64,000 nt of DNA from Lama glama (taxonomy: Eukaryota), in the NCBI GenBank assembly GCA_028534125.1, contig CM052817.1, positions 108,440,001 through 108,504,000 of the forward strand, written 5' to 3'. The position numbers and the translations under genes are program-made. Each line of letters begins with the position of its first letter. The stretch's first letter is position 1. Below the pieces are notes generated by a model. It did no database searches. It was not told the origin of the DNA and saw only the letters and a list, made by a program, of their open reading frames with translations. Below, piece by piece: positions 26,170 to 37,743 of the stretch.

Positions 26170-26198
26170 GGGGTGGGGGCGGGGCGGGAGCGGGGGCC
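26170..26198 (+). promoter_or_regulatory. Overlapping Sp1/KLF GC boxes and EGR1-like sites at the proximal promoter
   Basis: The sequence ggggtgggggcggggcgggagcgggggcc lies immediately 5' of the inferred TSS. Sp1/Egr-1 control of the proximal PDGFC promoter is established in other mammals. Confidence 0.7.
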
Positions 26199-26677
26199 GC
26201 GGAGCCGCATCGATCGCCGCTTTGTTATCGATCGGAGAGCGCCCGCCGCCGCCTGGGCTTCCGGGCGGCTCCGCGCGACCCTCGACTGGTCGCCGCTCCG
26301 GGCCCCCCCGGCTGACAGGTGCTCCCGGCGACCGGCTGGGGACGGGTGGGCACGCCCGGGCCCCCCGCGTCCCCACCCCCCGCACCCCTCCCCTCCCCAC
26401 CCCCACCGCGCCGGCCGAGCGCAGGATTTGTGGAAACCTTGGGAAACTGGTTCGGGTCCAGGTTTTGCTTTGATCCCTTTCACAAACTGGAGGCGCACAA
26501 GCGGGCCCTCGGAGAAAGTCTCGGAGGCGATTATGTGGAAACTACCCCGCGAGCCCCTGCGGCCCGAGCAGGCGCGGCGCGTCCAGCCCGGCGCGGCCCT
26601 CCCCCGGCGGCGCTGAGCCCGACCTGGAGCCCGGCTTCCCCAGTGCCCGCCGAGAGCGCGCTCGCCCGCCCAGCCCA
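26196..26677 (+). other. PDGFC: PDGFC 5' UTR (non-coding part of exon 1; TSS approximate)
   Basis: Contains blocks resembling the human PDGFC mRNA leader as recalled (gctttgttat.gatc, ctgacaggtgctccc, aaaccttgggaaactggttc.ggtccaggttttgctttgatcc, gattatgtggaaactacc). It is continuous with the ATG. The 5' boundary is inferred. Confidence 0.75.
26533..26616 (+). CDS. Upstream ORF in the PDGFC 5' UTR, 27 aa (MWKLPREPLRPEQARRVQPGAALPRRR*)
   Basis: The only ATG I found in 26196-26677. Context is gattATGt (A at -3). The TGA ends at 26616, 61 nt before the main ATG. Translation is not demonstrated. Confidence 0.6.
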   Translation: MWKLPREPLRPEQARRVQPGAALPRRR

Positions 26678-26795
26678 ATGCTCCTCCTCGGGCTTCTCCT
26701 GCTGACATCCGCCCTGGCCGGCCAGAGACCCGGGACTCGGGCTGAGTCCCACCTGAGCAGTAAACTCCAGCTCTCTGGCACCAAGGAGCAGAACG
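26678..26795 (+). CDS. PDGFC: Platelet-derived growth factor C, coding exon 1 (signal peptide and N-terminus; partial gene, phase-1 intron follows)
   Basis: Translates MLLLGLLLLTSALAGQRPGTRAESHLSSKLQLSGTKEQN(G). This matches the PDGF-C N-terminus as I recall it (mouse MLLLGLLLLTSALAGQRTGTRAESNLSSKLQLSSDKEQNG). The 118-nt exon ends at a canonical donor, ACG|gtgagt (26796-26801), and lies inside a CpG island. Confidence 0.97.
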
Positions 26796-29019
26796 GTGAG
26801 TCCCCCGGCCCCGGTCCCGCCGCCCCGGGAGGCCGCCTCGTGCGCCCGTGCGGGATGCGGGAGGGTCCCCTCGCCCACCCGCCCCCGTGGGCACCGACGT
26901 GGGGAGGGTCCGCGGCGTTTGCAAGTTCGGAAGCGGCCGCCGGACTCCGGCCGGGTGACCCGAGGGCCACCGCAGGCGCAGCGGGAGAGGGGACACTCTG
27001 GGGGCGGTGGGGGACGTCAGCCCTAACGCGCCTTGCAGGACCTCTCCTTGCCAGAGTTCTAAGTTCAAGAAGTGCCTCTAAAAAGGAGTCCAAAATGAAT
27101 GAGTCTTGGCATGTTTGACTTTTCTCAGCTTTTTTCTATTGGAGTTGCCGAGACATGTATCAGCCTCATTAATTGAAGCGCTCGCAGTGGAAAGCCATCA
27201 GTTAATCAGTAAGTAGACAGGAAATAAGAGGTCAAGAGGCTGTGTGGACATTTTCAGGGGGAATTAAAACATGGATTTCTCTTTTGCCCAATTTTTTTTC
27301 TTTTCTTTTCTTTCTTTTTTTAATGCGCCTTTGTACTCTGACGCCCTCACCTTTTTGGTGGTGTGTTTTTCTGTGTGATGGTGAGTGACTGCTATTTTGT
27401 GTGTGCTGGAAACGACTTAATCCTGCCGAGGAAATGAGAATTACTTTCAGCTTTCAAGTGTACCTGAAATGTTTAGAAAACTCTCAGATGCAAGTTTTCT
27501 TGGGCTGGGATTGCGGGGAGCTGGAGAAAGGCTCCTTTCATAAAGCCATGGCTGCTTCAGGGTGTGTAATTTGCTTAGCCTCTGAACCCCATATGATTTA
27601 CATCATTCAATTTCTAAACTCTTTTCCTCTTGATCTCCCATTATGAAGTCATTTTTTGAGACTGTTTTGTAAATAGAAATCTTATCCTGCCTGTGAAACC
27701 ACCATGTTAATGTAGGCTGTCTAAAATTAGATTATTAAACACCCTGTTTACCAGAGGTGGCTCTCAGTGTTATTTGAAGAGAAATGTGTATGTTTTTTTA
27801 CTGCTTTGTATGCCATCTATTGGGAATGCCAGCATGCTGTCCCTTCGTTATCCAGGCGAAATGAACGCAAGTGGCATAATTAGGAAATCAGATCGGTGTG
27901 TAGGGTTTTTAAGTCACAGCAACTTTATGTTTTGGGGGAGTTTCAGAGCTTCAGCTTTGAACGGAAACTCTCTAAAGTGTTCATCTTTAAGAAAGTGCAG
28001 AAAGTTCTAGAGTACAAAAAACAGATACCATAAGGATTCCTGGGACCTTGTTGGACAGTTTGCATTTGCGGGATGTGCAGCAGGACCGGGTTTAAAACCC
28101 AGTGTGCACGCGGTTGCTGCCTACAGCTTGCTGGGTGGGACAGCCCGGGGCACCTGCACGGGTGGGTCTCCAGCCACGGGAGCTGCGGAGGGCTGGGGGC
28201 AGTGATCCCAGCAGCCCCCGCCCCAGGTGGACCCTGGCAGGAAACGGCCCGACCCACCTTTGTGCTTTCTCCTTTGAAAAAAAAATATGCGGCTCAAAAT
28301 ACCACTTCTTACCGGACCAGCTGTTCCACAGTGGCCATGCGCGCCCTCCCTGGCTTCTGTCTTCTGTTTTTGACTTTTTCTGTCCTAAGTCCTTTCTCCT
28401 GCAGCTCTGACTCATCGGCCCTCATCTTCCTGATTACCTGTGCGACTTGAGCCAGTCCTCGCCCTGACCTTGTCCCTGTTTCTTGTGATACACGTGCATC
28501 ATCACCTCCGCCTGGGCTCCCGGACTTCCCCAGGGTCCTTGTGGGCGGGGGACGCTCACACCCTCCCAGAGGTGGGTCCAGGAAGCCAGGCACACACTGT
28601 CCGTTGCCTTCTGGGGCCCAGCCATTTCCATTCCCAAGATGCATGCTGCTAAAAATAGCCGTTTATTTCTGAATGGGCGTGCGAGGATGAGGCTCTGTTT
28701 AGTGCTTGTAGGGTGGGCAGCCGGAAGTCCCTGGAGGCCGAGGCCCTGCCCGCACCTTGTCCCCTCCAGCCTGGAGCCGCGGGGCCGGCCAGCACCAGGG
28801 GGCAGTGTGGAGCTGTCTCCCTGCACAGGCTCAAAGTGATTTGCGGGGGATCTTAGGATTCCTGGGTCCGTGACTGGAGTTTAGCAGGTGAACGCTAAAG
28901 GAGGGCCCCCTGGAATGTCCACAGATTTGCTGCAACTTCTGTTTTTGTGGCTTTCACGTTTTCCACTCCCTCATGTGGGTATTTTTGGCCATCCGCTTGA
29001 ATTATGGTTGATTTAAAAT

Positions 29020-29414
29020 TTTTTTTTTTTTTAGTGAAGTGTAGTTGATTTACAATGCTAGGTTCAGGTGTACAGCAAAACGACTCAGTTATTTTTTTTA
29101 ATGTATTTATTTATTTTGTTTTTTGGGGGGAGGTAATTAGATTTATTTGTTTATTTGTTTATTTATAGAGGAGGTACTGGGGATAGAACCCAGGACCTCA
29201 TGCATGCTAAGCATGTGCTCTTACCACTTGAACTATACCCTCCCTCCAAAATGACTCAATTACACATATACATACATACATATATATATTTCCAGATTCT
29301 TTTCCATTATAGGTTATTACGAGATAGTGAATGCAGTTCCCTGTGCTATGCAGTAAGTCCTTGTTGTTTACCTGTTTTGTGAACAGCATTGTGTATCTGT
29401 GAATCCCAGACTCC
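29020..29414 (-). mobile_element. L1 3' UTR fragment interrupted by a SINE
   Basis: poly(T) then tgaagtgtagttgatttacaatg..ggtgtacagc. It resumes at 29248 and ends tgtatctgtgaatcccagactcc. Confidence 0.85.
29092..29247 (-). mobile_element. Vic-1-like tRNA-derived SINE nested in L1
   Basis: gaggtactggggatagaacccaggacctcatgcatgctaagc...aactataccctccc. The TSD is aaaacgactcagtta (29077-91) / aaaatgactcaatta (29248-62). Confidence 0.9.
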
Positions 29415-30289
29415 AACCAGTTTTTGAGTGCCTGCTTGCTCTTCTCAGTTTAGATGACTGTCTGACTCTGTAAGTGCCCGCCCACCTGAGGAGGCCACAC
29501 AGAAAATGCCATCAGCCCAGTTTGCACACTGCATCCTTTTGTGAAAGGTCTTCCCGGTGCTACATAGGAAATGTCCAGATTCATCTGTCCTGACTGTGGG
29601 AGCTCCTCCTGGCGTTCAGCCGCCCCTCCCCAGTGGTAGTCTCTTACCTTGAAGACCCCCAGGCCCCCTGCTGTGCTGAGCGGGTCAGACCCCCCAGGCC
29701 TGCTCAGTGTCCTGGGCGTCCTGGGACGTGGTTATCGGTGGACATCGATTGCTGTCGTCGGTGCCAGGGGCTGGGGTTGAGGCTGGGGCAGGTGCAGGCG
29801 CTTCACAGTTAGGTTTGAGGGCTCAGTCTCCTTTACCCCGTTACTAGTTCCTTGGTTGTTTACTTAAAACCCTGCTGCAATTCTTGCCTCTTGACTGTAA
29901 ACGTAATTGCATCCTCCAGTATGTTAAGTGGCCTTTGTGTCTTTCATCCTGAACCTGACTACTCACAATGAAGTCTCACCTATCACCCCAGGGTCTCCAC
30001 CCAGATTTAACTCAAAAGAGGGAGGGAGAAGGTAAGAACCCTGACTTAGGTGGGGCTTCTGGCCTGGCCTCCCTGTGAGAGCAGAGGGAAAATGACCGCC
30101 ATCTGTGTGCACTCGTTTTAGAAGAGAATGCCCAGCACGGAGGGGCTCAGCCCTGGGGTGGTGCTGCAGGGAAGGGGCCACGTCCATCAAAAATGGAACA
30201 AACCCTAGGAGACACCAGGCACAGCGTTGTTGCTGGAATAAGGTCTCGTGTCATTGGAGAGGGAGTCTTTTATTTTATTTTATTTGAAA

Positions 30290-30425
30290 ACGCTTTTTGT
30301 TTGTTTTAGAGGGACGTGATTAGGTTTATTTATTTATTTGCTTATTTAGTGGAGGTACTGGGAATTGAACCCAGGACCTTGTGCATGCTCAGCAGGCTCT
30401 GTACCGCTGAGCTGTACCTTCCCCC
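30290..30425 (-). mobile_element. Vic-1-like SINE
   Basis: ggaggtactgggaattgaacccaggaccttgtgcatgctcagc...gagctgtaccttcccc. Confidence 0.88.
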
Positions 30426-30547
30426 AGCCAGGAGGGGGATTCTGATTCACCTTTTGACCTGAAACAAGCCTCCTTCTGTTCTCTTCTCTTCCCACTCCGA
30501 GGACAGCTTTGGGACATGCCCTGCTTGGGCTATCCCTGTGAACCTCA

Positions 30548-30745
30548 TTTTTAAAAAAACCGAAGTGTAGTCACTGTACAATGTGATGCGAGTTGCAGGT
30601 GCACAACATAATGATGCACAGTTTTTAAAGGCTGTACTCCATCTATGGTTATTATAAAGTATCAGCTGCAGCCCCTGTGTGGTGCGAGCCATCTTTGTGT
30701 TTCATGCATAATACTTTGTACCTCTTACTCCCCCCACCCCCAGTC
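30548..30745 (-). mobile_element. Older L1 3' end fragment
   Basis: gaagtgtagtcactgtacaat...gttgcaggtgcacaacata...tttaaaggctgtactccat.tatggttattataaa. Confidence 0.7.
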
Positions 30746-31714
30746 CCTCCTTCCTCTCATCCCCCCACTGAGCGTCATTTATTGTTCCTGCTCTTTATCT
30801 CCAGGACTCTTGTGGCCTGTGGGGCCGTTTACTCTGGGGACAAGTGGCCCCCTCGCAACCCCTTGCCAAGGACACAGTCTTGTGTGCATGGCTCTCCTGT
30901 CTGTCTTTCTCCTCCTCCTCCTCCTGCTGCCAGTCCACTCCCCATCCCCCTTTTTAGGTGGTGGCTTCAGAGCAGATCGTCACAACCTTTAGAACAGTGT
31001 CCCTGAGTGAGAAGGCTCTGCCCGAGGGCCACAGGGGCTTTCCTGCCAGCTCGTCTGTCAGCTGTAGTGCGTGACCTTTGTGACATAGATTTTTGTTTTT
31101 TAGACACTTCTTTTTATTTAACTTCCCCCTGGTTCTTTGCTTGGGGGGAAGTGGAAGCAGTGAAGAACCATTATGTAATGATGATGTTGTTTTTCACACT
31201 GGGTCACAGAATTCCCCCTTCTATTTTACAGTAACTGTTCCCCCACTGCCCACTGTCATCTTGTACACTTAATGTGCCATCCTTGGTGTTTACCTCTAAG
31301 AACAGATCAGAAAGCACAAAGGTTGTAAGACACTTCAGGGCCGAGTGTCTCGTTTGTTAAATGGCTGTAAGTAGATGCTGGGGTCCGACCCGAGACCCGG
31401 ACCTTGCTCCTGGGCGCGTTTGGTAGCGCCGTGCCGCGGGCACTGCGATCTAGCTGTGTCTGCTCTTGTGCCATCCTTCCTGAAATGTGTTTCCTGCATA
31501 TCTTCTTCACAGCCTCTGCCAGTTCATGTTTTTCAGTCTTTGGCCCGCTAGAATTCCGTTTTGTCCGTGAACTTGCACAGTTTTGGTAGAAACAGCATTC
31601 AGATGACGATGTGATAATGTGTGTTAAATAAATAATAATTGAATCAATGCATTCATAATGTCCACAACCACCGCCCCCCCCAATGTGTCCAAGACTCCTA
31701 GACCTTTCCCCACA

Positions 31715-31968
31715 GTTTATTTATTTTTCATTTTTTTAACTGAAGTATCGTCAGTTTGCAATGTTGTGTCAGTTTCTGGTGCACAGCATCATGGTTCAGT
31801 CATACGTATGCATACATATATTCCTTTCGTATTCTTTTTCATTATAGGTGACTACGAGGTATTGAATATAGTTCCCTGTGCGGTACATTAGGACCTTGCT
31901 GTTTATCTGTTTTTGATATAGTAGTTAATATTTGCTAATCCCAAATCCCCAATTTATCCCTCCACCCC
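31715..31968 (-). mobile_element. L1 3' UTR fragment
   Basis: tgaagtatcgtcagtttgcaatgttgtgtcagtttctggtg...ccaatttatccctcc. Confidence 0.88.
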
Positions 31969-32739
31969 TATAGGTTTTTATTGATATCAGTCCAGATAGG
32001 AGAAGTCATAATAAAAGTCCATCGATTTACTTAGTCTAATTTTGCTGTCTCTGATGGTTTTGAAAGCATGATACTAAGCCAGCATATGTCTGTCTAATGC
32101 TGGGTAATGTCTGTGTAACTCGTTGGTTAAACAGCCTCTGTGAATTATTTTTCCCCACCCCTGCCTCCAACTGTGATATTTTCCCCCCCACATCTCCCTT
32201 GTCTGTCCCTAGAGCACCTGCCTCGTGGCTGATTTTCAGTTGTCATGCACTGGTACCACCACGTTGGTCATTAAAGCATCAGAACATTCCCAGGGGATCG
32301 GGAAGGAGCCTGGCTGTTCCTCTGGGACAAATGGACCATCTCTGAGCCTGAAACTGGGCGTTGATGCCTGGCAGGCTCAGGACACCTGGGACGCTCCAGC
32401 AACCCTGCTGGCCTCCTTCCCGACTGACCGTGCACCTGCCACCCTGATGGTCAAAGATTTTGACACTTTGAGCTACGGACGATTTAGCTCATATGGGGAT
32501 TAAAACTATCCTCCTCTTCTCCCCACTGCTTGGTACTCAGGCCTGACCCACCTGCTGCTTGAAGGTCCTGGAGGAAGAAAGCGACTGGCCCTGAGCCAGC
32601 CTTCTGCCTGTGGCCTCTCAGCATGGGGGCCTGGGAGGCGAGAGCGAGGTCCTGGCACACGGGGCCTGGGTAGCACCTGCTGTCATCAGGATTAAATAGA
32701 CCATCCTTTCTGTGTGGTCTTTTTTTACCTTTTTTTTCC

Positions 32740-33232
32740 CAGTTATACACATATATATTCTTTTTCATATTTTTTTTCATTACAGGCTATTGCAAGGTAT
32801 TGAATATAGTTCCCTGTGCTGTACAGTGGGACCTTGTTGTTTATCTATTTTATATACAGTAGTGTGTATCTGTTAATCCCAAACTCCTAATTTATCCCTC
32901 CCTCAATCTCCTTTCTCCTTTGGGAACCATAAATTTCGTTTGTATGTCTGTAAATCTATTTCTAGTCTGTAAATGAGTTCATTTGTCTTTTTTTTAGGTT
33001 CCACATATAAGTGATATAATATGGTATTTGTCTTTCTCTGACCTGCTTCACTTAGAATGACGACCTCCAGGTCCATCCATGTTGCTGCAGATGGCATTAT
33101 TTCATTCTTTTTTATGGCCGAGTAGTATTCCATTGTATAAATACACCACAATTTCTTTATCCAGTCATCTGTCAATGGACACTTAGGTTGCTTCCATGTC
33201 TAGGCTACGTAAACATTGTTGCTGTGAACATT
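32740..33232 (-). mobile_element. L1 fragment: ORF2 C-terminus and 3' UTR
   Basis: The minus ORF 32903-33175 (DWIKKLWCIYTMEYYSAIKKNEIMPSAATWMDLE) matches the end of L1 ORF2p. Confidence 0.93.
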
Positions 33233-35059
33233 TAAGGGAGTTCCCTTCTCATGAGCACCACTGCTGTGCACACCCCTGTGTATTCTTCAGATGGGGCCAT
33301 CTGGTGATCTGGACCAGGGACCCCTCACAGTGGTGAATTTTGAGAGGCTGACACCACCCCACCTTGAGTCAGTGTGCTTTCCGTTTTCTGTGTGTGGTTC
33401 ACGGAGAACTTGCACAGACTAGAAATCAGTAGGAAGTTTGGTGTGTGGACTCTTAGGACTTGGGAGGAGGGTCCCAGAAGCCTGTCCTCACCAACATGTG
33501 GAGCGGGGACTAGAGCCCTGAGGTGACTTTGTGAAGGTCACGCTCGAGGGCACCTGTGCGCAGCTGCTCCCATGCTGACATCTCTTCCTTACAGGGGACC
33601 CAAGTCGTCAAATGGAATTCTGGCTTCAAAGTTCCAGCACTTTGTATAAAGCTTTTCTTTATGGTTTCAGGACGTTTCATGCTTTGGGGGTCTTCAGGGG
33701 AGGTGAGACTCCCTTGATCCTGAAGCATTATTTATAGGAACACTAAAGGCGACCATGTCAGAATAATCACATTAATTCAGTCGACCAGGTAATCTGCGTC
33801 ATGTCTATCGTAACACTCTGTTGTTTGGCAAATGACTTGAAATACTTCCTTTAGAATTGTTACTCTTACGTGTTGGGGTCTTATTTGAAGCAGGTGTCCC
33901 AGGTCCGTGGGTGGACAATGTTTATTTCCGTATTTTGGTGTGTTTATTGATGAGGTTGAAGAGAAAGGCTGATGTTGGAAAACTTGGTTCCACAGGGAGC
34001 TTTGCTTTGTTGAAGCAACTTTGAACATTTTTTACAGCAGGCTGTCTCCATGGTAAGAGTTCCATAGAAATGGGTCCATAGGTGTGGTTTGGTGAACTCC
34101 AGAGCGCACAGCCTGGGATTCCTTTGAAATGGGCTTAATAAGCAACTTTTAACTTTTATTTACCCCTATATTATATAGGATATTCTATTCTGTGGCTCAG
34201 GTTTCTCTTTCAAGTCCAGAGCATCAAGAAATAAATTCTTAGCTGTTGCATTGAATTGCTTGCCCAAAACAGGATTAATTTACCTTTAAAAAAATTGTTT
34301 GCTAAGTTCAAAATGTGAGAACCCAAGGAGCTAAAGTGATTAAAGAGGAATTATCTTAATTACACTGATCCTTAAAGCCAAGTGGTTGAGAGTGAAGTGT
34401 TTGGGTTGCATTAGCTCCTTTTACCTTTGGCTTCTGGAGAATTCGTTTTTAACGAAGTCCAGCCAGTTTTCTCGGCTACCTGCCTCCACATCAGGCACCC
34501 TGTGTGTCTTCGAGTGGCTGTTCCCAATCCCCTGGTGATGGCGCAGACTCCTCTCTGGACTCCGCCTTGTTTCTAAGCCAAACTGTCTTTGCCAGGCCGG
34601 CTTCCCTAACTTTGCTTTCTTGGTTTGGGCTTAATTCTTCATTAATTTTCAAACTGTGTATTTTTTTTTTTGTACTTGGTATTTCCCCTGTTGAAATCAA
34701 GCCATTTCTCAATCAAAGGAGGAGGCACTGTGTTGTTACAGCGTTTGGGCGGATGGAGGCAAAGCGGATGTCTGGCTATTGGAGGGAAACCAACATCCCC
34801 AAAGAGCACGCGGCACATCGGTGCTAAGTGCGGGGTGTAGGTCTGCGTTGCCCCGTGTCCCGGTCCACTGAGGAGAAACCACGCAAGCGCTCCTGGGAAG
34901 GGCGGCATTTGGATGCAGCCTTTGAGGGTGATCAGATGGCCTCAGGGCTGGGTTCTCAGCAGGTCTCTGGATTTGCGATGCTTCACGCCAGCTCCTCAGG
35001 AGCGCCTGCGGGTACCACACTATGCTGAGTGTTTGCAGGCAGTGCCCAGTCTGTCTTTC

Positions 35060-35195
35060 TAACCTCCCAGTGCAGTATTTGGAAAAACCCCGAGGCTTTA
35101 CTGGCCAAGTAGCTAAGGTCACATAGCTGGTAGGTGTCTGGACCAGGGTCTGACTCCGAGCCAGGACTCAGAGCCGCGTGCCCCCTCCTTCCTGA
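35060..35195 (-). mobile_element. MIR fragment
   Basis: aaaccccgaggc...aagtagctaaggtcacatagctggtaggtgtctggaccagggtctgactcc. Confidence 0.55.
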
Positions 35196-37131
35196 GTTAA
35201 ATGGCCTAATGTTTTATGAGAACGTTGTTTGGAAACAGCAACTATTTACGAGCATCTGCTCTTTGCTAAGCTCTGCCCCAGAGCCTCAGAGAATAAGATG
35301 CAGCTCTGCCCTTGAGAAGCTATGGCCAAGGAGGCTGGCATCTCCTGCTTCAAGCTCTGGGACTTAGTTCTGGGCCCCAGGTGCTCTGGGAAGGCTCCGG
35401 GTTTACTGCACTCAGGACTCCTCCACTGATGGACTACACAGTGGATTCTGCCTGGAAGACAAGTGCATGAAGTGTTCCCGCGGTGGCGGTGGGGTGACAT
35501 ATTTTAAAGTGGGCTCGAGAGGGAAAGAGGGGAAGGTGGTCTAGACCAAGGGAACCGCCTGCTCCAGAGAGCAGGGGCTGGACACGGTGCATCATGGGGG
35601 AGAGACAAGCCAGGTCCAGGGCTGAGCAGGTGCAGAGGCGGGAGGGACATGGAGAGGGGCCCTGGGTGCGCGCATTCAAAGGCCCTAATGCTGTTTGCAG
35701 GGCGTCCCCACTACAGAGTGTGCAGTTCACAGATGGCATCCGAGGAAAGGTGGTCTTCATGTTTAAGACTGAGTCAAAATCTTTCCAGTGACTTTCTGGG
35801 CAGGCTTGTAGCAGGGGTCGGCTTTGGTGTGCGCGGTTGAGACTCGGTGGCGGGGCTCCCCCCATCGTTAGGCGCATTGGAGGTTCTGAGCAGGTGCAGG
35901 GGCAGGCTGCCTGGCTTCGGTGCGTCCATACTGCTCTCCGTTGCCTGCTTTATGTAAACAAAGAGCTGATGACACACCGCCTTCACAACAGGGATGGCAA
36001 GCAGAGGGAGGCTGGGGAAGGGTCAGGAGATTGTGATGTAGAGTTAACATCATGAGAGCTCTTCCGTCTCCAGGAGCAGAGACAGCAGCCTTCCTACTAG
36101 CTGGGGAAAGGATTTCAAGTTTCCTGGAAAACTGAATCCTATGATGTTAGTTTGCACTGAGTAACCCTCGGAGTTGGGGGGGGGCATTCTGCTCCCTCGT
36201 ACCCAATGCTGGAAATACTTCCAGGTATTTAAGGAGTTGCTGTGAGTGAATTCTCTTGGAGGTGCTGTCTAGATGCCATGCCGGGTTTTGGAAGCCAGGC
36301 TCCTGGCATCCTAGGACAGACAGCCTTGTTCGTGAGCGGGCTCTATTTTAAGCTTCTCAGTGTTTGCAGGATGGAGATGTGCTTCTGAGTTTACACATGC
36401 CCAGCTGGCCGCTGCACCTGCCTCCAGAATCGCTGCAGAGCTCAGAAACCATTAGCGGCAGAAGTCGGACTTCCGCGGTGCTTATCTGCTGCTGTTTCTG
36501 GCAGTTATTTTTGCTGGGTATTTACGAGGACATCTGTCTTTTAAAGAGTCATATTATTTATCTTTTTTCTTTTCCACTGAGGAATGCATCAGAGCTTGCT
36601 TCCCGCACTGCCACCCGCGTTCCTAGTCTGAGGTGAGGAGACATGCAAGTTGGGACTGGTTGCCTTATCATTTCTCTTCCTAGGGCAGCAAGTCGTGCTT
36701 AAAATCAGTGTCTTCGGAAGGAACACTAGCTTAAAAATGTGATTAAGATGTGAACAGAGGAGAACAAAAAAAAACATGTTCAGTTCCTTACTGGAAATTT
36801 CTTGCTGGGTTTGGAAGAAAGGGGAACCTGCAGGGTTCCTTTCTGATTTATCTTAACTTTAAACCTTGAGACAGGCCGACAGGTGGTTTATGAACGCAGG
36901 AAACACAGTGACTTCCAGCATTTCCCTACTTTCCTATGGAAACACATTAAAGACTCCTTCCTACTGGAGTGTGATTTCCCGTCTGATTATGCATTCGAAG
37001 GACAGAGATGGAACCCTGTGAAAACAAGGAACAGAGTTGGCTCATGTACTTTGAGGAGCAGAGATGGAGCGGGTTTGCTGGAGGCAGCTGTCCTCTGCTG
37101 GTAATCAGTTCATGTTGTTGGTGATACAAGG

Positions 37132-37338
37132 TATTCGAGATTTATAGATGTTAACCACTATATATAAAAATAAATAAACTGTCTTCTGTATAGTACGGGG
37201 AACTATATTCAGTATCTTGTAATAACCTTTAGTGAAAAAAATACGAAGATGGATATATGTGTGTATATGCATGACAGGGACGTGGTGCTGTGCACCAGAA
37301 ACTGACACATTGTAACTGACTGCACTTCAGTAAAAAAA
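37132..37338 (+). mobile_element. L1 3' UTR fragment
   Basis: ttcgagatttatagatgttaaccactatatataaaaat...tgtaactgactgcacttcagtaaaaaaa. Confidence 0.88.
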
Positions 37339-37743
37339 GACACTGAGGGGTTACCTCTTGAATAAGCAGCAGTGTCTCAGTACGTGACTGCCTTTCCTTT
37401 TATTTATAAACATAAGTGCACTCTATTTCTGGAGGCCTCCATGAGAATGAATTCTTTGACCCTGTGATGGGAGACTAGATCTCAAAGCCCGTTTAGTGTT
37501 TTTTAGAGTTTCAGATGCAGTTTCACGTGGATTATAGTTATGTATTGTGGCTTCAACTGTATCGTTATTTTGTGTTAGTCACAAAACCATCTGACCATTT
37601 GTAGAAAGATCGACAGTCCAAACATCGCAGGTGTTTCTCAGTGGTCAAATCTGGTCAGGATCCTGGGAGATGCTGAGAGAGCCTTAGACGCCACATTGAT
37701 AAGTGCTGATTCTTGAAAAAGTGGTTTTCACCTCTGTTTTCTT

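Larger units (their letters stand above)
25480..27030. promoter_or_regulatory. CpG island / TATA-less promoter of PDGFC
   Basis: Very high GC and CpG density across the promoter, exon 1 and the start of intron 1. No TATA box is evident. Confidence 0.92.

Noticed and set aside
24786..27093. Long overlapping ORFs (390, 568, 314, 204 aa and others) on both strands of the CpG island
   Set aside because: These are Pro/Arg/Gly/Ala-rich products expected from stop-codon depletion in very GC-rich DNA. Several lack a true ATG start and none has a recognisable domain.
26796..27118. Continuation of the 146-aa ORF past codon 40
   Set aside because: Similarity to PDGF-C ends exactly at the strong GTGAGT donor. 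The remainder is intron read-through.
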